A DNA stretch of 64,000 nt from Callorhinchus milii (GCF_018977255.1 NW_024704742.1:115012001-115076000), one strand, 5' to 3'. Counted from the stretch's first letter, positions 1 through 42,013 are shown. The notes: generated by a model not told the origin, from the letters alone. Program-made: numbers and translations.

Positions 1-537
1 ACCTATATGAAAGGTGCAAGTTTTTGAAAAGTCTGATTTTTGTTTAAAAAATTGATTTTTTACGTAAAAAGCACATAAAAAAATCAAGCTGAAAGCTAAG
101 AAAAAAGGTGAAAATACCCTGGAAATTAAAGAGGTTACCTTCCCATTTTAATAATGTGAAAACCAAAGATCTCAATAGGAAAACTTAAAACATAGACGTA
201 AAAAGCAGATGCTTAACTGACTTTTCTGGTGAATTTTTTTACCTAAAAGGTAAAGCAAAACAAGTTTTACCCATTTTAATAGACCAGAATTGGTAATATG
301 GTGACAATCTTCTATTCTGTAGATCAACTGAACTTGGAATGAGCACAAGTCACGTAATTGATGTGCTTAAAGCTTCCCAAAGGGACAATCACCTTTTTGA
401 ATGTCTGTGTGGTTGAGTCTGTCAGTGGAATACAAACCCATTAGTATTGGAGAATGCTAAAGGAAGAAGAATATTAGCTGAGAATTATTTCAATCTTGGA
501 TCTCTGGTTTGCATAGCAGCACAGTAGGGAGACATAA

Positions 538-700
538 TCACTTGACTGTGTTCTTCGTATATACTTCATTCCTTAGTTTACTGCTTTGAGGCTCAGAGAG
601 ATCACAATAAATCTTTGACTTGTTAAAATTCTCCCTGATGTAGAGCATATCTTCCAATGCATACACATCATTTCTTCCTGTCCACACAGTCAGGCTGTAC
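538..700 (-). CDS. FAM151B: FAM151B exon 6 (last coding)
   Basis: tgcag|[35 protein letters not shown]...VK*; TGA at 540-538. Confidence 0.93.
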
Positions 701-3700
701 CTGCATTAAAACAATATTCCAGAATCAGAACAGATTTGTGTTACAGGCAAGGCTCTGTTTTCAATAGAATGACAGTTCTAACCATTAAAATACAAGAAGA
801 CAAGAGTAAACTGTTCATAGACATAAATTAGTCCACAAGTGAGGGCCAAAGATGTAGGTTCTTCCAAGTGTGGCAAAACACACATTTGGCAGTCAAAAAT
901 CAATGCATAATGTACCTCTTCCTAGAGGGTTTTCAGGTGAGAACATGCATCCATACCATTGAATTTTACGGTATGCTAGCATTTTAGAGTACATGAGCAA
1001 CGTCACTCCAACTGTGCAGAGCAAGAGGAGGTTAACTGCAATTTGATTGAAGTATTTAAAACAATGAAAGGAATTGATAAGTCAGATAGTGGATGACTCT
1101 TCCTTTTGGTAGTGGGATCCGTTACAAGAGGACGTAGCTTAAAAATCAGATCTAAGCCAGTTGAAACTGAGGCCTGGGAATGTTTTTTCACACAAAGGAT
1201 AATGAAGATACGGAATGCTATTTTCGCCCAAAATACACACTTTACAATATATTCCGTGAAGCGTTTGAGCTGTCTCAACAACGTGATAAGGCGCTATATC
1301 AAATGCAAGGATTAATATTTTTTATAATGCTCTGCTCTAGAAAGCTGTAGAAGCAGAATCAATAGGGCTATTTAAAAGAGAAATGGAAAGAAACATGGGT
1401 AGTAGAGGTATTAAGAGTTTTAGCGAAAGGAAGGGGCATTGTGTCTAAAAGATCTACTTAGATCTAATAAACTGGCGGAACAGGGGCTTGCTGAGCTAAA
1501 TAGAATTTTCCTGCTTCCTATGCTTCACAGAAAGGTCTTCCAGCTGGGAGAAACTGCAATTTAGTTTATATAATAATGATGGCAGACTCCGGAGGATACT
1601 GTTACCTTTCCGACTGCTGCAGCAGCCAAAGAAGCTGTGGCCAAGAGGGTCGTACCAGTGCCGCTCTGACAGGGAATGTTACTGGCTGACTTAGTGTCCG
1701 GCAGATTTGTTCCATCTCCTGCACCATCTCCCAGGTGTACCCTTAGAGGAGAAGGCAGGTCATTTTCTAATATTTCTCTTATTAAATCATGTGTTTCCCG
1801 CAGGTTTTCTGTGACACTATTTCAGGTGACCTAACAGAATGAAAACATTTAAATTTGCCTTTGACAGTCAAGTAATCAATTATTAAAGGAAACGGGAAGT
1901 AAACAGGTTTGGGCTAGGTGATGCGGAATAAAACACCGAGAGAAATCCCACATGGGTCTATATTCACTCTATTTATATAGATTTCACAGTGTCCAGAATT
2001 TGGCAGATTTTTTAAATCTTTCATTTTGAGCCAGTTTTCTTTTTAAGGCTGAATTTAACAAATTACCAAATTCTGATGCTCTTTAATGTTAAATAGAGTA
2101 AATCCCCCATCCTCCCCCACCCACCCCCCCCCCCCCCCCCCCCACCACACCGAGCATTCGCAAGATTCTAGGTATGTCTGTGTTTGATTGTTAATGTGTT
2201 TTCAGTTTTCCCTTGATTGAATATTTCTTAATTTATGGCATTAATCAAGAAATAGAATCATATCATAAAATTTTACAGCACAGAGGCGGCGATTCGGCCC
2301 ACCACTTTGAAAGAGCCACTAACTCGTTCCACTTCCCTGCTCTTACCTCATAGCCCTGCAAATATTTCCTTTTTAAGTACCTACCTAATTCCCTTTTGAA
2401 AGCTATTATCAAATCTGCTTCCACCACACTTTCAGGTTGTGCATTCCAGATCGTAACAACTCTCTGTCACAATATTCAAACAAGAATTGTTTTGGGGGAC
2501 AACCATAAAGGTTGCCCACCACTGCCTTAGAGGAACATCCCAGCTAAGCCCGACGCTGCCTTTACCAGACATCCTTGGTTAAGCTCTGGTCGTACAAAAT
2601 TATAAAACCAACTTCCACAAAACTTCTTGAAGCGCTGTTGTAAACCAGTTTGTGAAAGGATTAAAATCTGGAATATAAAACTACGCTCAGCTGTGGTGAA
2701 CTATCACACTGCAGTCCTTACTCTGTGCTGAACCTTAGGATGACCACTCGGTGGCAGAAGACATACCTTTTTAAAAGTAACCAATAGTTTGATGAAGACA
2801 ATGTCCTTTTAAATGGGTTTAAAGCCCAAGGCCGGGACTCTGAGCTCAGTCTGGAGAGCAACCTCAACTCTGATTGGCCAATAGACCTGTCAATCAAGCC
2901 AACAGCTCGCTTGTCTTAAAGGGGACCAACCCTTTATCTGAGGTTTCTCAGATCCCAAAGAATATTTTCACCCGTCTATGGTCCAGCCGGCCATTCCAGT
3001 GAAGAATGAGACAGTGCTGCAGTGTCAGAGACACTGCCCTTCAAATAAGAGTTTAAACCAAAGTCTACATTTTCCAGGTGGATATTAAAAATCCCATTTG
3101 AAAAAAAGAATTTCTCCCCGTCTGTTGGCCAATGGTCCTCCAGATAATTGGTCATTGACTACATGGCTATTCGTGGGAATTTTTTGTACACAAAATGGTG
3201 TGTTCCTACACAGTCACCACACATCACAGCAATTCCCTGGGCAGCTCTTTGAGATATTTGGACTTTCTAAGAGTATATTTTGTTATTGTTATTGGAGCTA
3301 TATCAAATACAAGGATTATTATCCTTATGGAATACACTGCCTTGCATTTATTCGCATTAAGATCTATGTGTCATTCATTGGCATGTTTACTAAAATGGCC
3401 CAGATCTTTTTGTATGCTATTTATCATCTTCTTATAGTTTAACTCCACACATGCACTGATATCATTGGTATGCCTATTTGAATCCCAGTATGTGCAGAGT
3501 CTGCAGATCTCAGCCAGGTTGTTATTGTGGCCTTTATGTCCATAGGCTAGAGAGCGTTCTCTCCCAACTGTCATCCAGTGAACTCTGTTAGAATGTTTGA
3601 ATGTGTGAACGTCAGGTTAAAACTGTAATAATTATCCTTGCATTTGAAATAGGGCCTTATTACATCGTTCAGATGTCTCAAAGCTCTTCACAGAATATAC

Positions 3701-6700
3701 TGTAAAGTGAATTGACTGTATATTTTGTGGACGAAATGTGGCAGTAAATGGCGCACAGCAGTGTTCCACAAACAGTCATGGATTGAGTAACCAAATTAAT
3801 TATTTATTTTTTTGAAGGGATTTTTATCCCCGGAAAAGGGATCCGCCAACCGGGTTCCTGCTTAATGCTAGATAAACAGAGGCGTGTGGAGTAAGAAAAC
3901 TTGCCTAACATTTCACCCTGCCCGGTAATCAAACCCGTGTCCCCTCGTTTGCGAGGCGAGTGCTCTAACCAATACGCTAATGAACTCCACCAACAGTATC
4001 GGGTTCAGCTGTCAAACCCTCTACAGGCAAACAACCTTCCACTATTCATTGTCTGTGCAGACATAGGGAAGAACTTGTTTAATGTATTCAAAGGGTGACT
4101 AACACTCATCTGTGCAACCTTCAGCAAGAGTGAATCGGCTCGGCAACAAAATGCAGTCACAACATTTTACAGTAAATCTTGTGAAGCACATCCTGTCAAC
4201 GTGAAAGACGGTATATTAAATGGATGGATTATTATTATCATAAGAGAGACATTGTAAAAAAAAAGTGAATATGTTTGTAATAAATGTAACTGTCAATTAA
4301 CTTTTTAGTGACCTCACCATTGTTTGTTTGGCCAGCCAGCCAGCCAGTCGTCCATCCCAGAGACAATGTCACATCTGGTAAACGGGAAGTTACTGCACCT
4401 AAAAATCCACTCACGTCTATTGCTTTGCAGCTTCCGTTTGGTCCCGGAAGAATGTCAGCATTAATCCAAATGGGTCGACCAAGGCAATCCTTCATACCTT
4501 TTAGTATTTTCATAGAAGGTTCCACGGCTGCTAAGCTATCAAAGGTAAAGCATTTCATTTTAAATCAAAGAAAGTAAATTAATCAAATCCAGTATCTCAT
4601 TAATATCACATCTTGATATACAGAGCACATTGATTTAAGGCTTTCTCAGTAATGGACAAAGTTAGCGGCTGAAACCCGACTCAAGTAGACGGATTAGTGG
4701 CACCAGTATGTAATATAATCATACTCCCTTTGTAATTTACTAGCTCTCTCTCTATTGCAAAATTGTCCCAACTGCAACTGGCTCCTCTATAAATTTAAGG
4801 CGAGGATTTGCCGAAGAGTCAGGTGGATGAGCAAGCCAGATTCCAAATGGTCAGCAAATATGCCGACTGCCAGAGAATCACGTGCTCATGTCCACCAAGG
4901 ACAGTTACTTACCACCAAAAACTCATCCTCTAATTCTTTTATACCTATTTATTAACGGTTTGTCCCATAAGGTAACTATTTCTTTAAACTTATCATTGAG
5001 GGAAGGGGACATTCCATTGGCAAGCACATCACCTTGGAGCCCGTTCAGCTTTAAGACTAGCCTGCTAAAAACTGCTTTTCAGTCTATTGCAGATTTTAAT
5101 GGATTTTAACAGCAGAACTGTTGGGGAGTTCTGCTGGTTAGTATTGCTCAGTAACTAACTGCCACTAGAAACTAAATTACATTAACTATTCGCAACTTGT
5201 GTTAGCATTTCATGTTTCAGTCTTCAGCTAAGCACCTGTGTAAATATTCTAAGAGTATTTTAAGTGCCCTACCTCTTAAAATCAAGTTTAATGCCCTTGT
5301 CAGATTGCAGAACCTCATTCAACCATTCATGCACAGTGTTGTCGCTGTCAGTGTCTGGGGGATGAGCCATGATTGGTTCCCCATCGTGTGACCCTTGGCT
5401 TCCGAAGATAACATCTGCTTCAATCATATGAGCATCACCTATATTCCAATTAAAAAGCAAGGACTGATTATATTCAAGGAGTGATTGCCCTCAACGAGTA
5501 ATTACAAGGCAATGATGTCACATTGCACACTATGAAAGTTAAAACTATCTAACAAACATCATAAAGTTGACAGTTTCATTGCCCTTTGGTTCTTTTTTCC
5601 TATGTTTCGTATCAGCATCATGGCAGACATAGAAAACCAGGTCAGACCAAATAGTTGGCACATGCCTAAGCGGTGACGGGTATGATGCGTAATCACTGCC
5701 AATTTATTGATAACTCAATTTGTTCGTTCCTAGGAAATAATTGTCAGTACACAAGAGATGCAATTGAAATAGAATTCTGACACAGGCCTGTTGTCTGGAT
5801 GACACTGAAAAACAGGGACAGGCTCCAATGGATATAGAGAAACCCAATTTTTTTTAAAAAAATTCTTTAAATTTGCTGCTGCTTGTAATGATGCCAGCAT
5901 GGGGATACCAGCATCATTACAGACAGCGGGAATTACAAATATATCTGATCAAACATATGTTGATCAAATTGATTAGAAAACACCCATGTAGGCTATTTTC
6001 CTCCTCATTGTGAATCTGTTGTGAATATGTTCAGTAAATATTTTGTGTATATATTTATATACTCTTTGAAGTTGAAATATAGTTATTATTTGAACATTTC
6101 GTTCTTAGATTTTAACAATTTTAACATTTCTTAACATTTTTCACACTTTGCTTTTGTAATAAGCTCGAGTATTTACGGAAATAAACAAGAGTGGAACTAA
6201 ATTCTATTTCTCATGGCTCTAAAAAAAACTTATTGCAATGATATGAAAATAATTGCAACTTTTAGGGTGACCATATTCCCAGATTTCTGGGCAGTCTCCA
6301 GATGAGGTATTGTGTCCCTGGGGCCAAATTTGCCCTGTCTTCAGATCAGCAGTAAACTGAGCAAGAACAATAAATTCTAAAACTCAACGAAGTACAGAAA
6401 TACCGCCATTAATCCAACAAGCTTCTCCAATACTGACAGCATCAGCAATTGTGGTACGCTAAAATATTTTATATATATGTCCCTGGATTTGGTTTACAAA
6501 ATACGGTCGCCCTAGAGGATATCTATTCTCTTATCTAAAATGAAGATTTCTTTGCTGAGTTCCTCTTACTTTGCAGCGCTTCTTGCATTTGTGCTTTCCT
6601 GTTGGCTCCATGGTACCACTTGATTTCCACAGCATCTTTTGAACGGATTCTTCCCCGGTGAAGGAAGTAATTCACAGCGTTTTCTCCGCAACCTAAACAA

Positions 6701-7940
6701 GAACAAAAAAAACAACCGGGCTCTGAATGTGCAGTACCTTGCAACAGGTAACATTACATGTAGATACCGAGAGGAATGTGGTTCAGCCTGAAAATAAAAT
6801 CCTACTAAATGGGCTCAAAACTGTTGACATTTTTTCCAACAAGATGAAAACCTAGAAGTAATTCCCCATATGTACACACAATTCTAGCAATACTGATAAT
6901 ATTTCTACATACTGAGTCCTTTTATTGTAACACTTTTCCTCGCACAGTGGTGTGTAAGTGAGTTGAGCAAGTCACAAAGAACTGCAAATATTTCCTGAGC
7001 TGGTGGTGTCTCATCCTGCAAAGAGAGTATGGGGAGGGGGGGAGTGAGACACCCGCTGCAACAACAACTTTCACTTATACAGCACACTTCACGCAGTAGC
7101 GTCTCAGAGCGCTCGATGGTGTCGGGGGGTTACGCCAAACGCGGGGGCGAGGGAAGTGACAACAACAACTTGCATTTATGTAGCCCTTCATACGGGGTAG
7201 AGTCTCACATTAGTACATTACTTTATAATAATAATCATTTGATACGGCGCCTTATCATGTCCTCGAGACGTCTCACAGCGTTTCACAGGATATACTGTAA
7301 AGTGTAGTGACTGTGTATTTTGTGGGTGAAACGCGGCAGCCAATTGTAGATAATGTAACCTTTATAAATGTATTATAAGTATGGGAGTCGCCCCCACCCC
7401 CGCCTGCCCCCCCCCCCAGCCCCCCCTGCCCCCCCCCCAGCCCCCCCTGCCCCCTCCCCCCAGCCCCCTCCCCCCAGCCCCCCCTGCCCCCCCCCCAGCC
7501 CCCCCTGCCCCCCCCCAGCCCCCCCTGCCCCCCCCCAGCCCCGCCTGCCCCCCCCCCAGCCCCCCCAGCCCCGCCTGCCCCCCCCCCAGCCCCCCCAGCC
7601 CCGCCCCCCAAGCCCTCAGCCCCGCCTGCCCCCCCCAGCCCCCAGCCCCCCGCCTGCCCCCCCCCACCAGCCCCCTGCCTGCCCCGCCCCCAGCCCCGCC
7701 CCTCCCAGCCCTCAGCCCCGCCCCCCCCAGCCCTCAGCCCCGCCCCCCCCAGCCCTCAGCCCCGCCTGCCCCCCCCCAGCCCCGCCCCCCCCAGCCCTCA
7801 GCCCCGCCTGCCCCCCCCAGGCCCCCCCCAGCCCCGCCTGCCCCCCCCAGGCCTGCCCCCCCCCCAGCCCCCCCCAGCCCCCCCCAGCCCCCCCCCCGGC
7901 CCCCCCCGGGGCCCTCACCGCGCTCCCGCTGCTGCTCCAT
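538..7940 (-). CDS. FAM151B: FAM151B (menorin/DUF2181 domain protein), complete 6-exon CDS, 275 aa
   Basis: Exons 7940-7919, 6692-6570, 5438-5273, 4535-4318, 1741-1606, 700-538 (22+123+166+218+136+163=828 nt), all GT-AG and phase-compatible. Motifs [69 protein letters not shown]. Adjacent to ZFYVE16 as in human. Confidence 0.95.
1030..1530 (+). mobile_element. CR1 3' fragment interrupted by a SINE tail (about 1220-1325)
   Basis: [12 protein letters not shown]...TRGRSLK...FFTQR; AATGCT on both sides of the SINE piece. Confidence 0.78.
1606..1741 (-). CDS. FAM151B: FAM151B exon 5
   Basis: [44 protein letters not shown]; 136 nt; not in the ORF track. Confidence 0.94.
2104..2144. repeat. Poly-C tract
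   Basis: Directly visible. Confidence 0.9.
2255..2470 (-). mobile_element. CR1 3' end
   Basis: ATAGAATC...ACAGCACAGAGGCGGC...GCATTCCAGA; similar to 22805-22990. Confidence 0.72.
3628..3988 (-). mobile_element. Older, longer subfamily of the same SINE
   Basis: Same head/core/tail plus extra CCCCGGAAAAG...GATCCGCCAA...AAACAGAGG segment. Confidence 0.88.
4318..4535 (-). CDS. FAM151B: FAM151B exon 4
   Basis: LAAVEPS...[12 protein letters not shown]...LSLGWTTGW; 218 nt. Confidence 0.95.
5273..5438 (-). CDS. FAM151B: FAM151B exon 3
   Basis: DAHMIEADV...PIMAHPP...KGIKLDFK; ag/gt flanks, 166 nt. Confidence 0.95.
6263..6514. mobile_element. Old hAT-type MITE
   Basis: TAGGGTGACCATATT ... AATACGGTCGCCCTA imperfect TIRs (13/15); TSD not recognisable. 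Confidence 0.65.
6570..6692 (-). CDS. FAM151B: FAM151B exon 2
   Basis: tttag|GT TGC..., CGENAVNYF...[16 protein letters not shown], donor A|gtaag. Confidence 0.93.
7390..7912. repeat. C-rich degenerate tandem repeat (CnAG / CnTG / CCCCGCCTG) in FAM151B intron 1
   Basis: Directly visible; source of the spurious Pro/Gly-rich ORFs. Confidence 0.95.
7919..7940 (-). CDS. FAM151B: FAM151B coding exon 1 (MEQQRER/G)
   Basis: ATG at 7940, donor G|gtgagg, phase 1 fits exon 2; in a GC-rich region below GC boxes. Confidence 0.8.
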
Positions 7941-8140
7941 CACACCGCCCGGGCAGCCAACAAACCCCGGACTGGATACCACCTGACAAACCCCTCCCCC
8001 GACTGCAGTTTCACAGTAGAGGAAGGATTCAGCTGATTCCCGCTCCACGTCTTACTCCCCATCAGTGGTGCCGGGTTGGGCGGGTTTTGGGGCGGGTTTT
8101 GTTGTTGATTGTGCGTGAAAACCCCCTTTGGGCGGGTGCT
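7941..8140 (-). promoter_or_regulatory. FAM151B 5' UTR and GC-box promoter
   Basis: GGGCGG boxes near 8079, 8090 and 8130 directly upstream of the ATG exon; locally CpG-rich. Confidence 0.6.
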
Positions 8141-8527
8141 GTCTACTTTTTAAAAATGTTTAATTTAAATTCACATTTTTGCAGTCCCCCCCCACCCCGC
8201 CCCGTCTTTCAAGACCTTTTCTCACAGGGTTTTGAGAGCACTGTGCTAAATTGGCCAATTGCAGGCAACACACACTATTTGGGTTACTTTTGGGTTTGTA
8301 TTTGCTTGACTTTGGGCTACAAATCTATTCACAAAAGCACTTTACAGAAACTTTGTGACCCCCTTAGAGCCATTCTCAGTGCAGTTCCATTACCACGTGT
8401 AAATATAATACAGAGCTCACTGGTGAGAAGGTGAGCAGACAAAATAAATCCTCAAAACAGAAGGTATAATTTGGAGGATTTTGATTTCAGGATCCTCTCA
8501 CTCGCTTTCATTGCCTTCACACCCCCC

Positions 8528-8857
8528 TAATAATAATAAATAATAATAATCCTTGCATTTGATATAGCGCTTTTCACGTCGGGAGGACGTCCCAAAGCGC
8601 TTCACAGAACACACTGTAAAGTGAATTGACTATATTTGTGGGCGAACGCGGCAGCCAATTGCGCACAGCAATGTCCCACAAACAGTCGTAGATTGAAAAT
8701 GACCAATTTAATTATTGTTTTTGGGTTTTTTTTGGAGGGATTATTATTAGGCGTGTGGAGTAAGGAAACTTGCCCAAGGTTTCGCCCTCTGCCTGGAATT
8801 GAACTCAGGTCTCTCACTTGCAAAGCGAGTGCTCTAACCACTGAGCTACAGGACTCC
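8528..8857 (-). mobile_element. Full-length tRNA-derived SINE with Deu-like core and (TTA)n tail
   Basis: Head GGAGTCCTGTAGCTCAGTGGTTAGAGCAC...GGTTCAATTCC (A/B boxes); core TGTTTGTGGGACATTGCTGTGCGCAATTGGCTGCCGCG; near-identical copies elsewhere in the window. Confidence 0.92.
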
Positions 8858-8869
8858 CTAAACCACCCT

Positions 8870-9155
8870 ATTTACTCACCGACAACTCCACCATCCGCTG
8901 TCTCCATTCGGCTTTCTCCGGGCGCCTGATCTCCTCCGCTCCACCATCGGTCGCTGCGTCTTCAGCCACTACACCCCGAAACTCTCCCTCTACCCCTCCG
9001 CCTTGCCCCCTCCCCGCTTTCAAATCCTGCCAAAAGGCCTTCCTTTTTTGATCATGGTTACTGTCATTTCCCCCCTTCCCTCTCCCCCTGGCTCGGGGTC
9101 AGACTCCACTACTGTCAAGCGTTCCAGGACGCTAACTTGTGTGAAAAGCGCTATA
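8870..9155 (+). mobile_element. Degenerate L2 3' fragment
   Basis: CCACCATCGGTCGCTGCGTCTTCAGCC...GTGAAAAGCGCTATA. Confidence 0.7.
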
Positions 9156-11518
9156 TTGTATAACCCATAAGTTTCAGGTCATCTCAAGAGAATATATTTC
9201 TATCTTATGGATTTCTTTTATTCATTCATTATTCTGTATCTGATGTGAAAACGTTGGATTGACTCGATGGACTGCAATGATTTTTCTGGTCCTGTTGTTC
9301 ATATGTAAAGTTGAAGGTGATCAATAACTCGAGCCCCTTATGTACTTGTCAAACAAGATTTTCTTGGCATCGTCTTGCACATTAATATTTATTTAGGATT
9401 TTTTTTCCATCTATCTTTTTCAGATTTACAATGCATGAAGCTGAAATATGAACATGTAAAAATACTTTCCAGAGAAAAGTTTAAGATGAGCTTCTTATTG
9501 ATCATTCCCCAAAATGACATTTGAGAATTGATAGCACGGACATAACATTCAATGTTGTTTCAGGTCCATGGTAAAAAATTAAAACCAGACTTGATATTAG
9601 TACATTTTTATTGTGATAAATACAAACTAGACTTTTCAAGTAACAAGTATTTTCAAGAGCTATTATTATATTTAAGAAAGTCAGGAAGACATATTTTATA
9701 TTATGAAAGTTATAAAAATCGGCTTGAGGTAAGAATCTCAAATCCCACCAGGAGTATTTATCAGAATGATTTTACAATTCAGTACTAAACACCATAACCA
9801 ATAGTTCATAAAAATACATTTATTTACACTTTACTGAAACTCCTTTAAAAGTAGGAAAGACAGCCACAGCTTTCCTACTATGATAATTATGATAATTGAT
9901 AGTGTTTTTGACTGCTTTGCTAAATGATAAATTCTCATAATGATATCCATTAAATTTAATTGTAACAGGATCAATACAGAATCACCGTACATATTGTTTA
10001 GATTTTCATATTGTTCAAGCTCTTTGGTTGAGGAATTAAGAATATAACAGATCAAACTAAGATCAAACAGTTGAATACCAACCAGGATTTGATCTAAAAT
10101 TGCAGGCATTGAGTTGGTGACTCAGAATTTACCAATGTGGACTCTCTCTGAAGTGGTTTTACATACTCATGATTTAGTGCTGTTTTCTCATATAGGTAAG
10201 TGTGAAAGCAAAGCAGACTGCTGTAGCATTATACATTAAATAGGAGCTCCGTTCTAGATAATCCTGCAAGTGAAAGCCCTAAGGGTGGTTATAGATCAGT
10301 AGAGAAGGAAGCTCGCTTGTGTTTACAATGATAAACAGTGTGGTTAACTGGTTAAATTATTCCAACAATAGCCCTAACGCTCACTCTAGGGTCCCCACGC
10401 CTTGGCTCTTGTCAATTTGCACCTGAACTATCAGAGCTCATTCCTCTGGAGAGAGTGTGACCTCCATAATGGATAAATGGAAATCATATTTACAGTATAT
10501 CCAATTCTCAGTAGTTTGTTTGGAGATTTTTTTTGTCATATACCTGCCTGACCAAAACAAAATTAGACACGATTCATTTTACTGGTAGAAATATTGACAA
10601 AGAAAGAAGAAACAGGCTGAATCAAACACACTATCAAATTGTTAATTCTGTATAGATGTTTGAATTGTATTACAGGTGTTCCTAAATTATTTCTGTCTAC
10701 TATATGGGAAATTAGCAGATGACATTCAATAAAATTAAAATTTAGATAACACTAAAGAAATTACTAATTTGGTACCATTAACACTCCCCATCAATTGTTC
10801 TTTCCTAACAAACCAGCCAAGGACTGTACCATACCATTTTTCATTTTAATTGAATTATGAGGATCCTTCTCTCAAGCCAGTACATTTTACTGCCTTATCA
10901 TTCCGATGCAGATGACACATTAAGATAATTAATTTTCAAAAGTTTTCTACTTATTTTCAAAAAAAGTGTCCTGCTATATTTAGCAGAGCAATACGTCCCT
11001 GTAATGAAAGGAAAATTTTCAGACCAACTCATCCACCTAATGCCTTAGGCCGACAGAATACTTTGGTGCACTGAATATTTCTCTGGACAAAAATGGTTTA
11101 CTTTTGCCTAAACCCACAATTTCACCAACATAGAACACATATGGCCCCAGATAAGTTATTTTGGGTAAAGTTTGTGAGTTTTCTTTCCACAAGTGACTGT
11201 TTGTCATTGTAAGAAATCACCCAGTCACTATAAATCACAATCTACTGTGACTGCAGCAAATTGGTAATATAAAGCATATATAAATATATGCATAGAAATT
11301 GAACACAAACTCCTACGAGAATGCATATCATTCAATATTAATCCAATAAGTAGCACTGCTTTGTCACTTCATATTCTATGACTCCGTCACACCTCACGTG
11401 GTGTTGCTCAAAACATCTCTGTGGTGACATTATTTTGTTGTATTTCACCCATGGATCAGCAATGAAATCCTGCTGTAAATGAGAGGACACACAAGTATAC
11501 ACAAGGAAACCACAAACT

Positions 11519-11790
11519 CGAGACGTCTCAAAGCACTTCACAGAATATATTGTAAAGTGAATTGACTGTATATTTTGTGGGTGAAATGCAGCAGCCAATT
11601 GCACACAGCATGTCCCACAAACAGTCATGGATTGAGTGACCAAATTATTTTTGTTTTTAAAGGATTCTTACCCCCGGAAATGCTATCCGCCAATCGACTA
11701 ACAACTGGTTTCCTGCTTACTGCTAGGTAAACAGAGGGGTGTGGAGCAAGGAAACTTGCCTAAGGTTTTGCCCTGCCCAGGAATCAAACC
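11519..11790 (-). mobile_element. Older SINE subfamily, truncated
   Basis: Similar to 3628-3988. Confidence 0.85.
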
Positions 11791-13866
11791 CACTTGGTTA
11801 CTATTGGCTACATGCTTTAAAGAAACCTGAACGACAAATATTGATGTACCTTTTCCCTTGTATACTAGCAGTAAAAAGTACAAGCTTGGATTCAGAAAGG
11901 AAGGAATTAAAGACACTATCAACATGCATCTTGAGAAATACAAAATCCACAGTAAGAAGTTGAGTAAATAATATACATTTTAATGGCTTTTCAAAGATTC
12001 AAAGGAATAGTTAGATAAAGAAGGCTTATAGTAGAAAAGTGATTGCATATTACTTTATCTGAATACAATTACAGACAGTGTTCTGATACTGCCACTGCAG
12101 CCACTGGTCTGTGAACTACCAATTTCATAAACTTAAAAGTTCCTTAAAATTGGTTCCATTTTACCACAACTCTTCTCAAACTGATTGTACTCTATTTGAA
12201 ACTAATATCTTCCCACTTTTACTTTATAAAATCAATAAAAACTGGGTATGAAAGACAAATAGGCTGGAAATACTATTTCAATTAATTCAAACATTCCTGA
12301 AAATCTTAGCCATTCATTACATTTCAATGAGCATTCCTAACTAGTGTGTACATTCCTTGGAACACATTTCTATTTTGTGCTATTATAACGTTTCCAATGC
12401 ATTCAACATATGTAAAGGTCAATATCTCTAAGGAATGGCATCCACTCGTTTACAGAACCATATCCCCAATCTTGGGAATATCAAGAATTGTATGAAATTT
12501 TCTGATCAGATTGTGAGAGACTCAATTTTCCTATTATGGCTTGCGGAGCTGTTCATTGCTCAACTGAATGAGATTTCTTGACAGAAATACTACAGTAATT
12601 GGTGGATCTTATGAGGTTTTTTGTTCCCCTATCCACTGATTATCAGAATAAGTCACATCACTGTAAGGGAGGGAGAAGAGATAATTTGCCTAACTTGCAA
12701 ATCATTTCCAACTCTTTGCAAATAAAAAAAAATACTGTTGTTTATTTGCTCTATTCAAATATACAGGCTTTCTTCCTCTTTCCAGGTACCAGCCACAGTA
12801 GAATCCCATTTACGTGTCCTGAAAGGTGCTGAACTCTAAACATTCCTATCACTATACAATCTTTTAAATATAAATTACATTTGTTGTAGTGTTCATTGCC
12901 ACTATTTCCTTGAATTAATCTACTTAGCAAAACAAATTTAATGGCCTTGGGTTTCTGATCCACCAACTTCTAACTTACTACCTGCCATAATAGTGATTTG
13001 TTTGTTTAAAAAACCCAGTTTCATGGTTTCTTTTGATGCACCAAAATTCCATAAAAATTCCACTTTTAGCCATAAATTTAGACAAACCTAAATTTGGAGA
13101 ATCTGTACAGCAACTGTGTGCATGAAATTCTAGGCAAAGGTTTGAGCTTTCAATTGTATTCATCCAATTACCTTCTTCATTTCCACCATAGCTTGTGCAA
13201 AAAGCCATTAATGTGGATTTATGCTATAAAAAGTCTTTGCAAATAAGAAAAAAAATTGCAACCAGTTTTATCATCAAAGTTGTTTACCCTTTGATGTACT
13301 TTCAACCCAAAACGTATTTGTGAAAACAAGCAGTATTTGGTATTAAATATTTAGATTAAAATTAATGCTAGTTTCATATTTTTGTATACTATTCTTAAGT
13401 TATATGGAGCTTGAGGGGATGCTGGAACTGGAAAGAAAAGTTGTGAAGGGGTGAACAAGGCAACAATGCTACTGCTACATTTCTCGCCATAACATATGGT
13501 TCTCCTCCTGTCTCTTCTCACATTGCTTTGCCCAAATGGATTTCATTTCTCTGAGACTCCAAAGAGAGGGTTGTCCATCAGTGTACATGTCCATATGTAG
13601 GTTTCCCCTGCCACACAACACCAGAAATCTTAACGGTTTCATCACAGAGACTGAAACTTGGCCTCGAAGCTACTGTATTACAGAACTATATGAGATTACT
13701 TTACAAAAGGAATTATTGCATTTTCTCAGAGAAGTCTCAGAGTGGCATGAGAGCACTCAAACAGTTTCCTCTGCAAAACCCCAACATTTTATCACTCCAT
13801 TTCTGCAAACGAAGGGGGAGATATCTGTGCTAATGGATCCTGATATATTTGCACTCCCCGTCCTGT

Positions 13867-42013
<28,147 letters not shown>

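Noticed and set aside
2483..2530. AAGGTTGCCCACCACTG, resembling a hAT terminus
   Set aside because: No matching opposite TIR found, so no element can be delimited.
7273..8048. Pro-rich and Gly-rich ORFs resembling extensin or collagen
   Set aside because: Produced by the C-rich repeat; only 7919-7940 is real coding sequence.
8602..8929. Recurrent similar ORFs ([25 protein letters not shown]) suggesting a small gene family
   Set aside because: They are translations of SINE copies.
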